From: Gemmiger formicilis
Lineage (GTDB): Bacteria > Bacillota_I > Bacilli_A > RFN20 > CAG-826
Assembly (NCBI GenBank): GCA_963626345.1
Contig: CAVFXI010000037.1
Span: forward strand, 1,616 to 65,615
DNA length: 64,000 bases
Direction: 5' to 3'
The notes under the pieces were generated by a model that did not search any database, had not been told where the DNA came from, and saw only the letters and a list, made by a program, of their open reading frames with translations. Of this stretch, positions 8,627-17,027 are shown one piece after another. Positions within the stretch are counted from its first letter, which is position 1. The number at the start of each line of letters is the position of its first letter. The position numbers were made by a program, and so were the translations under genes.

Positions 8627-9103
8627 ATGTTTAGAGAGATTAGAAGAGAAAAGAATGAATTAAATGTAGAAGACGTGAAACAATTGCTTAAAACAGCAAA
8701 AAGAGGAGTTTTAGCAATTAATAGTGAAGATGGATATCCTTATGGACTACCTATTAATTATTTTTATGATGAAGAAAATAAGAAAATATATTTTCATAGT
8801 TCAAAAGTAGGTTATAAGGTTGAATTATTAAAGAAGTCTGATAAAGTTTCGTTTACTATTTTTGGTGAAGAAATTTTTAAAGAAGAATCTTGGGCGCCTT
8901 ATGTTAGAAGTGTTATTGTTTTTGGAAAATGTCATCCAATTAACGATAATAATGAAGCATTAAAAGCAATTTATAAGTTCGCTTTGAAATATTATCCAAA
9001 TAAAGAAATGGTTGACGAAGAAGTTAACCAAGATTTTAAGGCAGTTCAAATGTATGAAATAGAAATTGAGCATGTTAGTGGTAAGCAAGTACATGAAAAA
9101 TAA
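8627..9103 (+). CDS. Pyridoxamine 5'-phosphate oxidase-family FMN-binding protein (NimA-like split barrel)
   Basis: RGVLAINSEDGYPYGLPINYFYDEENKKIYFHSSKVGYKVELLKK is typical of the COG3467/PNPOx-like family. RBS AAGGAG is present. Confidence 0.75.
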   Translation: MFREIRREKNELNVEDVKQLLKTAKRGVLAINSEDGYPYGLPINYFYDEENKKIYFHSSKVGYKVELLKKSDKVSFTIFGEEIFKEESWAPYVRSVIVFGKCHPINDNNEALKAIYKFALKYYPNKEMVDEEVNQDFKAVQMYEIEIEHVSGKQVHEK

Positions 9104-9127
9104 GCATATATTAGGAAACAAATTATT

Positions 9128-9754
9128 ATGAAACCATATAAATTTAAAACAATATTAAACAAAGGCAGGTTTAAAGAATATTTTTATTCATTGTCAAAAG
9201 AAGAACAAAATGATATTCAAAAAAAGGTTATTGAATATGCTATTAAATATGCAAAATATTCTGACTCTAAAAATCTTGAATTTTTAGTTAATTTGCTATT
9301 TGTTTTAGGAGCTTTCGATGCATTAAAAAGTAGAAGAGAAAACACTGATGTTTTAGTTGAAGAGCTTTCTAATGCAATGTTTATATTTCTAAAAAAGAAA
9401 GTTGAATCATTTAATAAAGCTTTTAAGAATAATTTCATTTATAAAATCTTAAAGAAAGCAATTAGTAAAAAAATGATTGGATTTAATGGTCATGGTTGGG
9501 AAATAATCGTTCCTAAAACAAAAGACAATAATATTTATATTGAAGTTAGAAAATGCTTGGTTTATGAAATTTTAAAAGAAGAAAATAAATTAGAACTAGG
9601 AAAAATGTTTTGTAATGCAGATTTAATTTTGTATATGCATTTAGGAAAAACAGAATTTAAACGCACTGAAACATTAATTAAAGGTGGATCGATGTGTGAT
9701 ATGCATTTTATCAGACATAATGATGACAACTTTGAACGTTACGATAGTATTTAA
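9128..9754 (+). CDS. L-2-amino-thiazoline-4-carboxylic acid hydrolase-like (ATC_hydrolase family) protein
   Basis: The C-terminal pattern C-x...FCNADL...FKRTETLIKGGSMCDMHF resembles the conserved Cys-containing end of that family. It is third in an apparent operon with the two preceding genes. Confidence 0.5.
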   Translation: MKPYKFKTILNKGRFKEYFYSLSKEEQNDIQKKVIEYAIKYAKYSDSKNLEFLVNLLFVLGAFDALKSRRENTDVLVEELSNAMFIFLKKKVESFNKAFKNNFIYKILKKAISKKMIGFNGHGWEIIVPKTKDNNIYIEVRKCLVYEILKEENKLELGKMFCNADLILYMHLGKTEFKRTETLIKGGSMCDMHFIRHNDDNFERYDSI

Positions 9755-9851
9755 ATCTCTATTTTTTGATTTTTAATTCTTTATTTGATATTTATTTTTA
9801 AACATACTTCTTTTTTAATTTATAATATTATTCATAGGGAAGGTTTTTATT

Positions 9852-12800
9852 ATGGAAGAATTAAAAATCAATATTACAGCTAATGTTTCAAGTTCAATAT
9901 CATATGTTACTAGACAATGCGAAATTTATCTTGCTAACAAATATCATAATTTCAATGAAACAAATTCATTTTCGTTTGTGAGAAATATTAGGATTTTAAA
10001 TAGTACTGAAAACGATATTTTTGATGCAACTTTGAAAATTGAATTTAATACTCCTGAAATTAAAGATTCTTCTATAAATATTTCTTGTTTAGATAAAAAT
10101 AAAATTATTGAAATAACTAGTAATTTAAGTTTTGAAGTCGATCCTGCAAAATTATATGAGTTAAATGAAGTTAAACTAATTAATTTAACACTTAATTTAT
10201 TTGATAAAGATAACAATTTAATTGCTTCTAAGGTTTATCCTTTAAAATTAATGCCTTTAAATCAAATTTCAAGCGGTGTAAAAGGTGAATATTTTGTTCC
10301 TGAAATGCTTACTTGTTTTGTAACACCAAATGATGATTATGTTAATGAAGTTGCAAGAAAAGCAGCAAAAATTTTACAAGATGAATTTGAAGGTTCATTT
10401 ATGGGTTACCAAGTAAATGATCCTAACTATGTCATTCATGAACTTGATTCAATTTATAAAGCTATACGTAATGAAGGTATAGCTTACTCAATGCCTCCTG
10501 CAAGTTTTGAAAAGATATTTCAAAGAGTAAGATTACCTCAAGAAGTTTTAAAATTAAAACAAGGCACATGTTTAGATACTGTTATTCTTTTTGCTAGTGT
10601 TATTGAAAATGTTGGTTTGCATCCTATTATCTTTTTATTTAATAAACATGCATTTGTTGGGTGTTGGCTTGAAGAAAACCTTCAATCTGGAACTAGAGAA
10701 GATAATAGTGCAATTTTTAGCGAAGCAAGTGAAAAGGGTATTGGAAAATTAGCATTAATTGAAACTACACTTATTTGTAGCGGTCAGAATGCATCATTTA
10801 ATGATGCAATGGATGTTGCAAGGCACACATTACTCAACTCTATTTTTGAATATGCAATTGATGTTAGATCTTGCAGAAACACTGATATTTATAAGCCAAT
10901 TCCAACCGCAAAAATTGATGGAATTACAGAAATACATTTTGATGTTGTTGACATTTTAAATGAAAAACCAGTTGAGGTAGATACAAGTTTAAGAGATAAA
11001 TATATTAGAAAAGATAAGGAAAAAGATAAATTTGATTTATGGGAAAGAAAACTTTTAGATCTTAGTCTTTCTAATAAACTTATTAATTGCAAATCAAGAA
11101 AGAATTCATTAAATGTTTTAGTGGATAACTCACAAAATTTATTAGTATCTCTTGCTCAAAAAGATAAATTTAATTTAGTTGGGTTTTCAGCAAAAGAGAA
11201 GGGAATTGATACGGATATTTTAAATTATAAAGATAAAAACTATATCGGAAGTGCCCTCAATAATGGAAAACTCATTCTTGAAACTGAAGCAACCAAATTT
11301 GATGATGAAGTTAAAAAACTCGCAAGAAGAAGTAATTCTGCATTTGAAGAAAGCGGAAGTAATATTTTATTTTTAGCAGTTGGTTTAATTGAATGGTATC
11401 CAAATGAAAGTTCTATTTATCCAAATTATGCGCCATTACTTTTAATTCCTGCTCAATTAAGTCAAAGAAAAGTTGGGAGATTTTTTACTGCAGATTTTTT
11501 CCTTGATGAAGCAAGATTAAATATTACCTTTTTAGAATATGCAAAACAAAATTTTAATTTAAATATTGATTTAAATGGCAGAGATCTTTCTTTAGATTCA
11601 AATGGAATTATAGGATACGATGAAATTTGTAATACATTAACTAGAGAATTAAACATTAAAAATTGGAAGATTATTAAAGATAAAGCATTTATTGATACCT
11701 TTTCATTTTCACACTTTGTTATGTGGGAAGATATTTATAATAGAAAAGACTTATTGTTAAAAAACCCTGTCATTTCTTCGCTCTATTATGGTAATAATGA
11801 AAAATTAGTTAATAAAAACGAAGAAGAAATAAATATTGATAAAGATATTAAACCAAAAGATTTAGCGACACCTTTAAGTGCTGATTCAAGTCAAATTGAA
11901 GCCATTTTAAGCTGTGCTAAAGGGGATTCGTTTGTTCTTTTTGGTCCTCCTGGAACTGGCAAATCTCAAACAATCGCTAATATGATTGTTAATTTAATGT
12001 ATCAAGGAAAATCGGTTTTGTTTGTTGCTGAAAAAATGGTTGCCCTTGAAGTTGTTAAACACAGATTAGATGAAATTGGTTTAGGGAACTTTTGTGTGCA
12101 AATTCATTCTAATAAAATTTCAAAAACTGAAGTTTTAAATCAAATTGATAATTCTTTGCAAATGCAAAACATTGAAGAACCAAAAGAAGCCGAAATCAAT
12201 GCTCAAAAATTATTAGATTCAAGAAACGAACTTAATGAACGACTTGAAAAAATGCATTCAAATAAGAAATATTTTGCATCTCTTTATGATTCGATTTTGC
12301 TATACGAAGATTTAAAACAAAAAGGTTGCGAAAAAACTATTCAAATTGACACTGAATATATAAATACTTTGTCAAAAGATATATTTAATGATAGTGTTTC
12401 TAAATTAAAAAATTTAGAAATTGCAGCTAATGAAGCTGGTGGATATAAAGACAATCCATTTAATTTTTACAAAGGAATTGCATACAATTTATCCATTAGA
12501 AATGAAGTCGAAAATAAGATTAAAGCATTATCTCCAAAGATTGAAGAAATTATTAAATTTGATAATTCATTCGCAAAACAATATGGTTTTAGACAAATTA
12601 AAGATGTTAAAGATCTTTTAGATTTTGATAATTTACTTAAGCTTCTTTTAAATAAAGATTCGTTAAATTTTGCATCTTTAATTGATTATGATTATGAAGA
12701 AAAAGAACAAGCATCTTTGGTTTATTTAGACTCTAAGATTCAAGAATTAGGGTACAAAGAAAAAATTACTAGAAGATTTAGTAAGAATATTTTTGATGTT

Positions 12801-15641
12801 GATGAAGAATCTCTATTAGATGGTTTAGAAAGCGTTCAAAAATCTAATTTTATCAAAAGATTTATATATAAAAACAAAATTGTTAAACAACTTTCTGTAT
12901 ATTCTTTAGCTCCAGAACAAAAAATAAAAAGAAAAGAATTAGATGATATCTTAGATAACATTAGAAAATATAAAGAATTTAAAGAAATTAACAACAAAGT
13001 AGATAAATCAGTTTTTTATCATTTTGATAAATTCAAGAATGAAACATCAGATGATTATTTAGAAACTAAAAAGATGTTTATTAATACCAATGAATTTTAT
13101 AAAGAGCTTAAGAAAACGAGTTTTTATAAAGAAGAGGATATTAAGTCATTTGATAAATTATATGAAAACAAGGAAAAACTTTTCTCTACCGAAATTACTA
13201 AATATATCGAATTTAATGAAAATTTCTATAACGAATTAAAAGTATTAAATAATGAAGACAATATTGATTTTATATCTTTAAATATTTCGTTTGATGAAAT
13301 GGTTTTAAAAATCAAAAAGGCTGTAAAGAATATTGGCAAATTTAATCTTTGGATTTTATTGAATAACGCTTTAAATGAAGCAAACAATTTGAATTTAAGC
13401 TTTATTACTAATGAATTCAAATTAGGAAATTTAGAAATTGATCGAATTGCTTTAACATATCAATTTTCAATATATTCAAAGTTAATATCTTTATATTTTG
13501 ATATTTATGATTTTAACGAATTCACAAAACCAACAGTTGAAAAGAACATTCAAGAATATGAAAAATTAATTGAAGAATATTCTCGATTAACAATTGAAAA
13601 TGTTGCTGCAAAAATAACTCAAAACTCGCCAATAATTGATTCGGAATATGTTAAATCTAGCGAGCCAGCTATGATAAGAAAACTCATAAAGAGCAATGGT
13701 AGAGGGACGAGTTTAAGACAAATAATGAATAATCTTGGAGACTTTATTAAAAAGATTTGTCCATGTTTCCTCATGTCTCCATTATCAATTGCTCAATATA
13801 TCGACCCAGAAAAGATGCATTTTGATGTAGTTATTTTTGATGAAGCTTCTCAAATTCCAACAAGTGAAGCGGTAGGGGCAATTGCTAGAGGCGATTCAGT
13901 AGTTATTGCTGGTGATTATAATCAAATGCCACCAACAAGTTTCTTTAAAACTCAAATTGATAATGATGTTTCCTTTTTTGAAAACGAGACTGATTTAGAT
14001 AGTTTGCTTGATGATTGCATAAGTGTTGGTTTACCTCAAAGAAATCTATTATGGCATTATCGAAGTCATCACGAATCTTTAATTGCATTCTCAAATAACA
14101 AATTCTATAAAAACAACTTATATACGTTCCCATCACCATCAAATTTAATTAGTAATGTTAAATTTATTAATGTACATGGTACTTATGAAAGGAATAAAGG
14201 TATTAATAAAGAAGAAGCAAATGCAATTGTTAAAGAAATAATTAGAAGATTAAAGGATCCTGTTCTTTCAAAAAAGAGTATTGGTGTTGTAACCTTCAAT
14301 CAAAAACAACAAAATTTAATTCAAGATATGCTTGAAGCAGAATATGATAAAAATCCTGATTTAAATTTATATCCTGGAAATGAGTCAATATTTGTTAAAA
14401 ATCTTGAAAATGTTCAAGGCGATGAAAGAGATGTAATTTTATTCTCAATTTGTTTTGCTAAAAGAAAAGATGGTGAGTTAAGTTTGAACTTCGGACCTTT
14501 ATCATTAGAAAAAGGCGAAAGAAGATTAAATGTTGCGGTTTCTAGATCAAGAGATGAAATGATTATTTATTCATCAATTGAACCAATGGATATTAATCCA
14601 AATAATGCAAAAAATGATGGCGCTGGATATTTAAGGGATCTTTTAGAATATGCAAAATATGGCGTTAAAACATTAACAAGAAATGTAAACAATAAAGATA
14701 AACAATTTGATCCAAGTGTTGCTGAATTCATTAAAAACGATTTAGAAGATTTGGGATACAAGTGCGATTTAAATATTGGTTCCAGTAATTTCCGTGTTGA
14801 TATTGCAATTAAAAACGAAAAAGAAGATGCCTATTGTTTGGGCGTAATTTGTGATTCTTCTTTCTACTATGATGCAAAAACTTGCAGGGATAGAAATATT
14901 CTACATTACAACATTCTTTCTAAATTAGGTTGGAATATTGTTAGAGTTTGGACATTAGATTACTATGATCATCCAAAAGAAGTTATTAATCAAATTGTCG
15001 AAAAACTTAATGAAGTTAAAGATGGCAAGGCTATTAATGATGAAAAGAAACCAAAAAAGGCATTAAAAGAAACAATTACTTTTAAAAAGAAAGCAGAAAA
15101 TTCATGGATGAAAAATAACATGCCATATGTGAAATATAGCGGAGCTATAGCATACTTTGAAAATGATAGAGAAGTAATTTTAGCTTTAAAAGGTCTTATT
15201 AATAAAGAAGCACCAGTAACCTATACTTATGTAAAAAATTCGATTAGGAAAATGGCTGGTTTATCAAAAATCGGTCCAAAAATGAATAATAATTTAATTA
15301 ATTTATTAACTCAAATTGGTTATTATCATACGATGTCTCCTGATACTTATTGGAAAGATAGAGAACAATATTTGTCTTATGTAAATTATAGAGAGTGTAA
15401 GAATTTTGAGATTACTGAAATTCCATATGAAGAGTTAGGTAATTTATTTGTTGATGTTGTTAGTGATCTTAGAAAAGTTCAAAAGAATGATTTATTTAAA
15501 TTCGTTAGTGTTTTCTATGGATATAAAACAATGACACAAAAAACAATAAACTATTTAGAAGAGGCAACTCATTATTTAACGATTAAAAATTATAGAGGCT
15601 TATCACAAAGTGGTGATTTAATAACTATAAAAAATAAATAA
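9852..15641 (+). CDS. Giant multidomain helicase-nuclease: N-terminal transglutaminase-like module / DUF4011 / SF1 (Upf1/DNA2-like AAA_11+AAA_12) helicase / Vsr-like (MTES_1575) endonuclease fold / DUF3320; Hhe-like
   Basis: GTCLD...KHAFVGCW lies around aa 240-270. DLWERKLLDLSLSNKLIN (DUF4011-like) is at ~aa 394. Walker A GPPGTGKS is at aa 698-705 and VIFDEASQ at aa ~1327-1334. Further helicase motifs are GDYNQMPPTSFF, LLWHYRSHHESLIAFSNNKFY, VQGDERDVILFS and RRLNVAVSRSRDEM. FRVDIAIKN...LGVICDSSFYY...GWNIVRVWTLDYY lies at ~aa 1634-1710. The gene has its own -10/RBS upstream and a terminator downstream. Confidence 0.8.
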   Translation: MEELKINITANVSSSISYVTRQCEIYLANKYHNFNETNSFSFVRNIRILNSTENDIFDATLKIEFNTPEIKDSSINISCLDKNKIIEITSNLSFEVDPAKLYELNEVKLINLTLNLFDKDNNLIASKVYPLKLMPLNQISSGVKGEYFVPEMLTCFVTPNDDYVNEVARKAAKILQDEFEGSFMGYQVNDPNYVIHELDSIYKAIRNEGIAYSMPPASFEKIFQRVRLPQEVLKLKQGTCLDTVILFASVIENVGLHPIIFLFNKHAFVGCWLEENLQSGTREDNSAIFSEASEKGIGKLALIETTLICSGQNASFNDAMDVARHTLLNSIFEYAIDVRSCRNTDIYKPIPTAKIDGITEIHFDVVDILNEKPVEVDTSLRDKYIRKDKEKDKFDLWERKLLDLSLSNKLINCKSRKNSLNVLVDNSQNLLVSLAQKDKFNLVGFSAKEKGIDTDILNYKDKNYIGSALNNGKLILETEATKFDDEVKKLARRSNSAFEESGSNILFLAVGLIEWYPNESSIYPNYAPLLLIPAQLSQRKVGRFFTADFFLDEARLNITFLEYAKQNFNLNIDLNGRDLSLDSNGIIGYDEICNTLTRELNIKNWKIIKDKAFIDTFSFSHFVMWEDIYNRKDLLLKNPVISSLYYGNNEKLVNKNEEEINIDKDIKPKDLATPLSADSSQIEAILSCAKGDSFVLFGPPGTGKSQTIANMIVNLMYQGKSVLFVAEKMVALEVVKHRLDEIGLGNFCVQIHSNKISKTEVLNQIDNSLQMQNIEEPKEAEINAQKLLDSRNELNERLEKMHSNKKYFASLYDSILLYEDLKQKGCEKTIQIDTEYINTLSKDIFNDSVSKLKNLEIAANEAGGYKDNPFNFYKGIAYNLSIRNEVENKIKALSPKIEEIIKFDNSFAKQYGFRQIKDVKDLLDFDNLLKLLLNKDSLNFASLIDYDYEEKEQASLVYLDSKIQELGYKEKITRRFSKNIFDVDEESLLDGLESVQKSNFIKRFIYKNKIVKQLSVYSLAPEQKIKRKELDDILDNIRKYKEFKEINNKVDKSVFYHFDKFKNETSDDYLETKKMFINTNEFYKELKKTSFYKEEDIKSFDKLYENKEKLFSTEITKYIEFNENFYNELKVLNNEDNIDFISLNISFDEMVLKIKKAVKNIGKFNLWILLNNALNEANNLNLSFITNEFKLGNLEIDRIALTYQFSIYSKLISLYFDIYDFNEFTKPTVEKNIQEYEKLIEEYSRLTIENVAAKITQNSPIIDSEYVKSSEPAMIRKLIKSNGRGTSLRQIMNNLGDFIKKICPCFLMSPLSIAQYIDPEKMHFDVVIFDEASQIPTSEAVGAIARGDSVVIAGDYNQMPPTSFFKTQIDNDVSFFENETDLDSLLDDCISVGLPQRNLLWHYRSHHESLIAFSNNKFYKNNLYTFPSPSNLISNVKFINVHGTYERNKGINKEEANAIVKEIIRRLKDPVLSKKSIGVVTFNQKQQNLIQDMLEAEYDKNPDLNLYPGNESIFVKNLENVQGDERDVILFSICFAKRKDGELSLNFGPLSLEKGERRLNVAVSRSRDEMIIYSSIEPMDINPNNAKNDGAGYLRDLLEYAKYGVKTLTRNVNNKDKQFDPSVAEFIKNDLEDLGYKCDLNIGSSNFRVDIAIKNEKEDAYCLGVICDSSFYYDAKTCRDRNILHYNILSKLGWNIVRVWTLDYYDHPKEVINQIVEKLNEVKDGKAINDEKKPKKALKETITFKKKAENSWMKNNMPYVKYSGAIAYFENDREVILALKGLINKEAPVTYTYVKNSIRKMAGLSKIGPKMNNNLINLLTQIGYYHTMSPDTYWKDREQYLSYVNYRECKNFEITEIPYEELGNLFVDVVSDLRKVQKNDLFKFVSVFYGYKTMTQKTINYLEEATHYLTIKNYRGLSQSGDLITIKNK

Positions 15642-15670
15642 GGTTTAGCAAAATCACACATTATTCAATT

Positions 15671-15715
15671 AAGGTTCATTCAAAAAAATAGCAAATCAAG
15701 AATGAACCTTTTTAT
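15671..15715 (+). terminator. Rho-independent terminator after the helicase gene
   Basis: AAGGTTCATTC ... GAATGAACCTT stem (long A-rich loop) followed by TTTT. Confidence 0.55.
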
Positions 15716-15970
15716 CTTGCTTTTTTTCACGAGTGATTTTGTATCGATTAGGCTATTTTTATTAGAATTTTTAATTTACCTAGTTATTAATACTAGATAA
15801 TCGTGTAATTTATATTATAATAAGTTGTCTTTAAATTATTTTGAAAGATTTATCTTAAGGAAAAGTGCTTGTTTGTGGGTCGTGATGTAGAGGAAAGTTG
15901 ATAATAGATGCGAAATAAGATAAATGCTTGGTATAGATATTAAAAAAGTAAGTTAAGGAGGTTGTATTTG

Positions 15971-16858
15971 ATGTCTAGTTATATTTTAAGTTGTTGCTCA
16001 ACGAGTGATTTAACTCCTGAACAATATAAAAAAAGAAACATTAAAGTCTTGTATTATCATTTCTTTTTAGGAAATGACGAGTATGTTGATAATTTTGGTG
16101 AATCTATCTCGTATCAAGAATTTTATGATCGTATGAGAAAAGGCGAGATGACCAAAACATCACAAATTAATACAGAAAGATTTATTGAATTCTTTGAACC
16201 ATTTTTAAAGAAAGGTAATGATGTTTTACACATTTGTTTCTCAAGTGGGTTAAGTGGAACATACCAAAGTGCAATGATTGCAAAAGATATGTTAAAAGAA
16301 AAATATCCTGACCGTAAATTATTAATTGTCGACTCTCTTTGTGCATCTACTGGTTATGGAATGTTTGTTACAAAAATTGCTGATTTAAGAGATGAAGGAA
16401 AGACAATAGAAGAAGCATTTGAATGGGCTAATGAACATAATAGAACAGTTCATCATTGGTTTTTTTCAACTGATTTAACATTCTATGTTAGAGGTGGAAG
16501 AATTTCAAAAACTGCAGGTTTAATTGGTAATGTTTTACATCTTTGCCCAGTTATGAATGTTAATTTTGAAGGAAAACTTATTCCAAGGAAAAAAATTATT
16601 GGAAAGAAGAGAGCAATTGATGATGTAATTCAAGAAATGATTGAAAATGCAGATAATGGTCTTGATTATGATGATTATTGTTATGTTTCGCATTCTGAAT
16701 GTATTGATGATGCAAATAGACTTAAAGAAAAAATTGAGGAAAATTTCCATAATTTAAAAGGGAAAGTTCAAATTTATAATATTGGAACAACTATTGGAAG
16801 TCATTCGGGACCAGGAACCGCAGCAATTTATTTCTTTGGGAAGAAAAGAGTAGATTAA
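15971..16858 (+). CDS. DegV-family fatty-acid-binding protein
   Basis: MSSYILSCCSTSDL..., ...TSQINTERF... and ICFSSGLSGTYQSA are typical DegV blocks. AGGAGG lies 9 nt before the ATG at 15971, so I prefer that start over the track start at 15962. Confidence 0.85.
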   Translation: MSSYILSCCSTSDLTPEQYKKRNIKVLYYHFFLGNDEYVDNFGESISYQEFYDRMRKGEMTKTSQINTERFIEFFEPFLKKGNDVLHICFSSGLSGTYQSAMIAKDMLKEKYPDRKLLIVDSLCASTGYGMFVTKIADLRDEGKTIEEAFEWANEHNRTVHHWFFSTDLTFYVRGGRISKTAGLIGNVLHLCPVMNVNFEGKLIPRKKIIGKKRAIDDVIQEMIENADNGLDYDDYCYVSHSECIDDANRLKEKIEENFHNLKGKVQIYNIGTTIGSHSGPGTAAIYFFGKKRVD

Positions 16859-17001
16859 ATAATAAAATTTGTTTATTTTTCATAATTTTAAAGAAATTTT
16901 TGGATTGTAAAAACGAAATATTTTCGTATAATGAAAATGATTTTTGGGTTACCTCCGAAAATTAGGCGCTATCTTGTATAGCGTTTTCAAATAAAAAGAA
17001 G

Positions 17002-17027
17002 AGCCATCCTCTAAAGGATGGCTTTTT
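17002..17027. terminator. Bidirectional hairpin terminator between convergent degV and the ABC ATPase gene
   Basis: A 9-bp stem AGCCATCCT/AGGATGGCT with a 4-nt loop and T-runs on both strands. The loop contains the stop codon of the minus-strand gene. A weaker hairpin CGCTAT/ATAGCG+TTTT lies at 16967-16987. Confidence 0.7.

Noticed and set aside
1997-15960. Attempt to delimit a tmRNA-associated genomic island by finding a direct repeat of the ssrA 3' end or an integrase.
   Set aside because: No copy of ...GGAGTTCAATTCTCCGCATCTCCACCA and no integrase or recombinase ORF is visible in the window. The island boundaries therefore remain unsupported, and only a weaker 'decayed accessory segment' claim is made.
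15716-15960. A long (~250-nt) non-coding stretch upstream of degV with a locally G-rich patch (GTGCTTGTTTGTGGGTCGTGATGTAGAGGAAAG), considered as a possible riboswitch or sRNA.
   Set aside because: I could not fold it into any recognisable riboswitch class or find a terminator/antiterminator pair. An Rfam/Infernal scan would be needed to revisit it.
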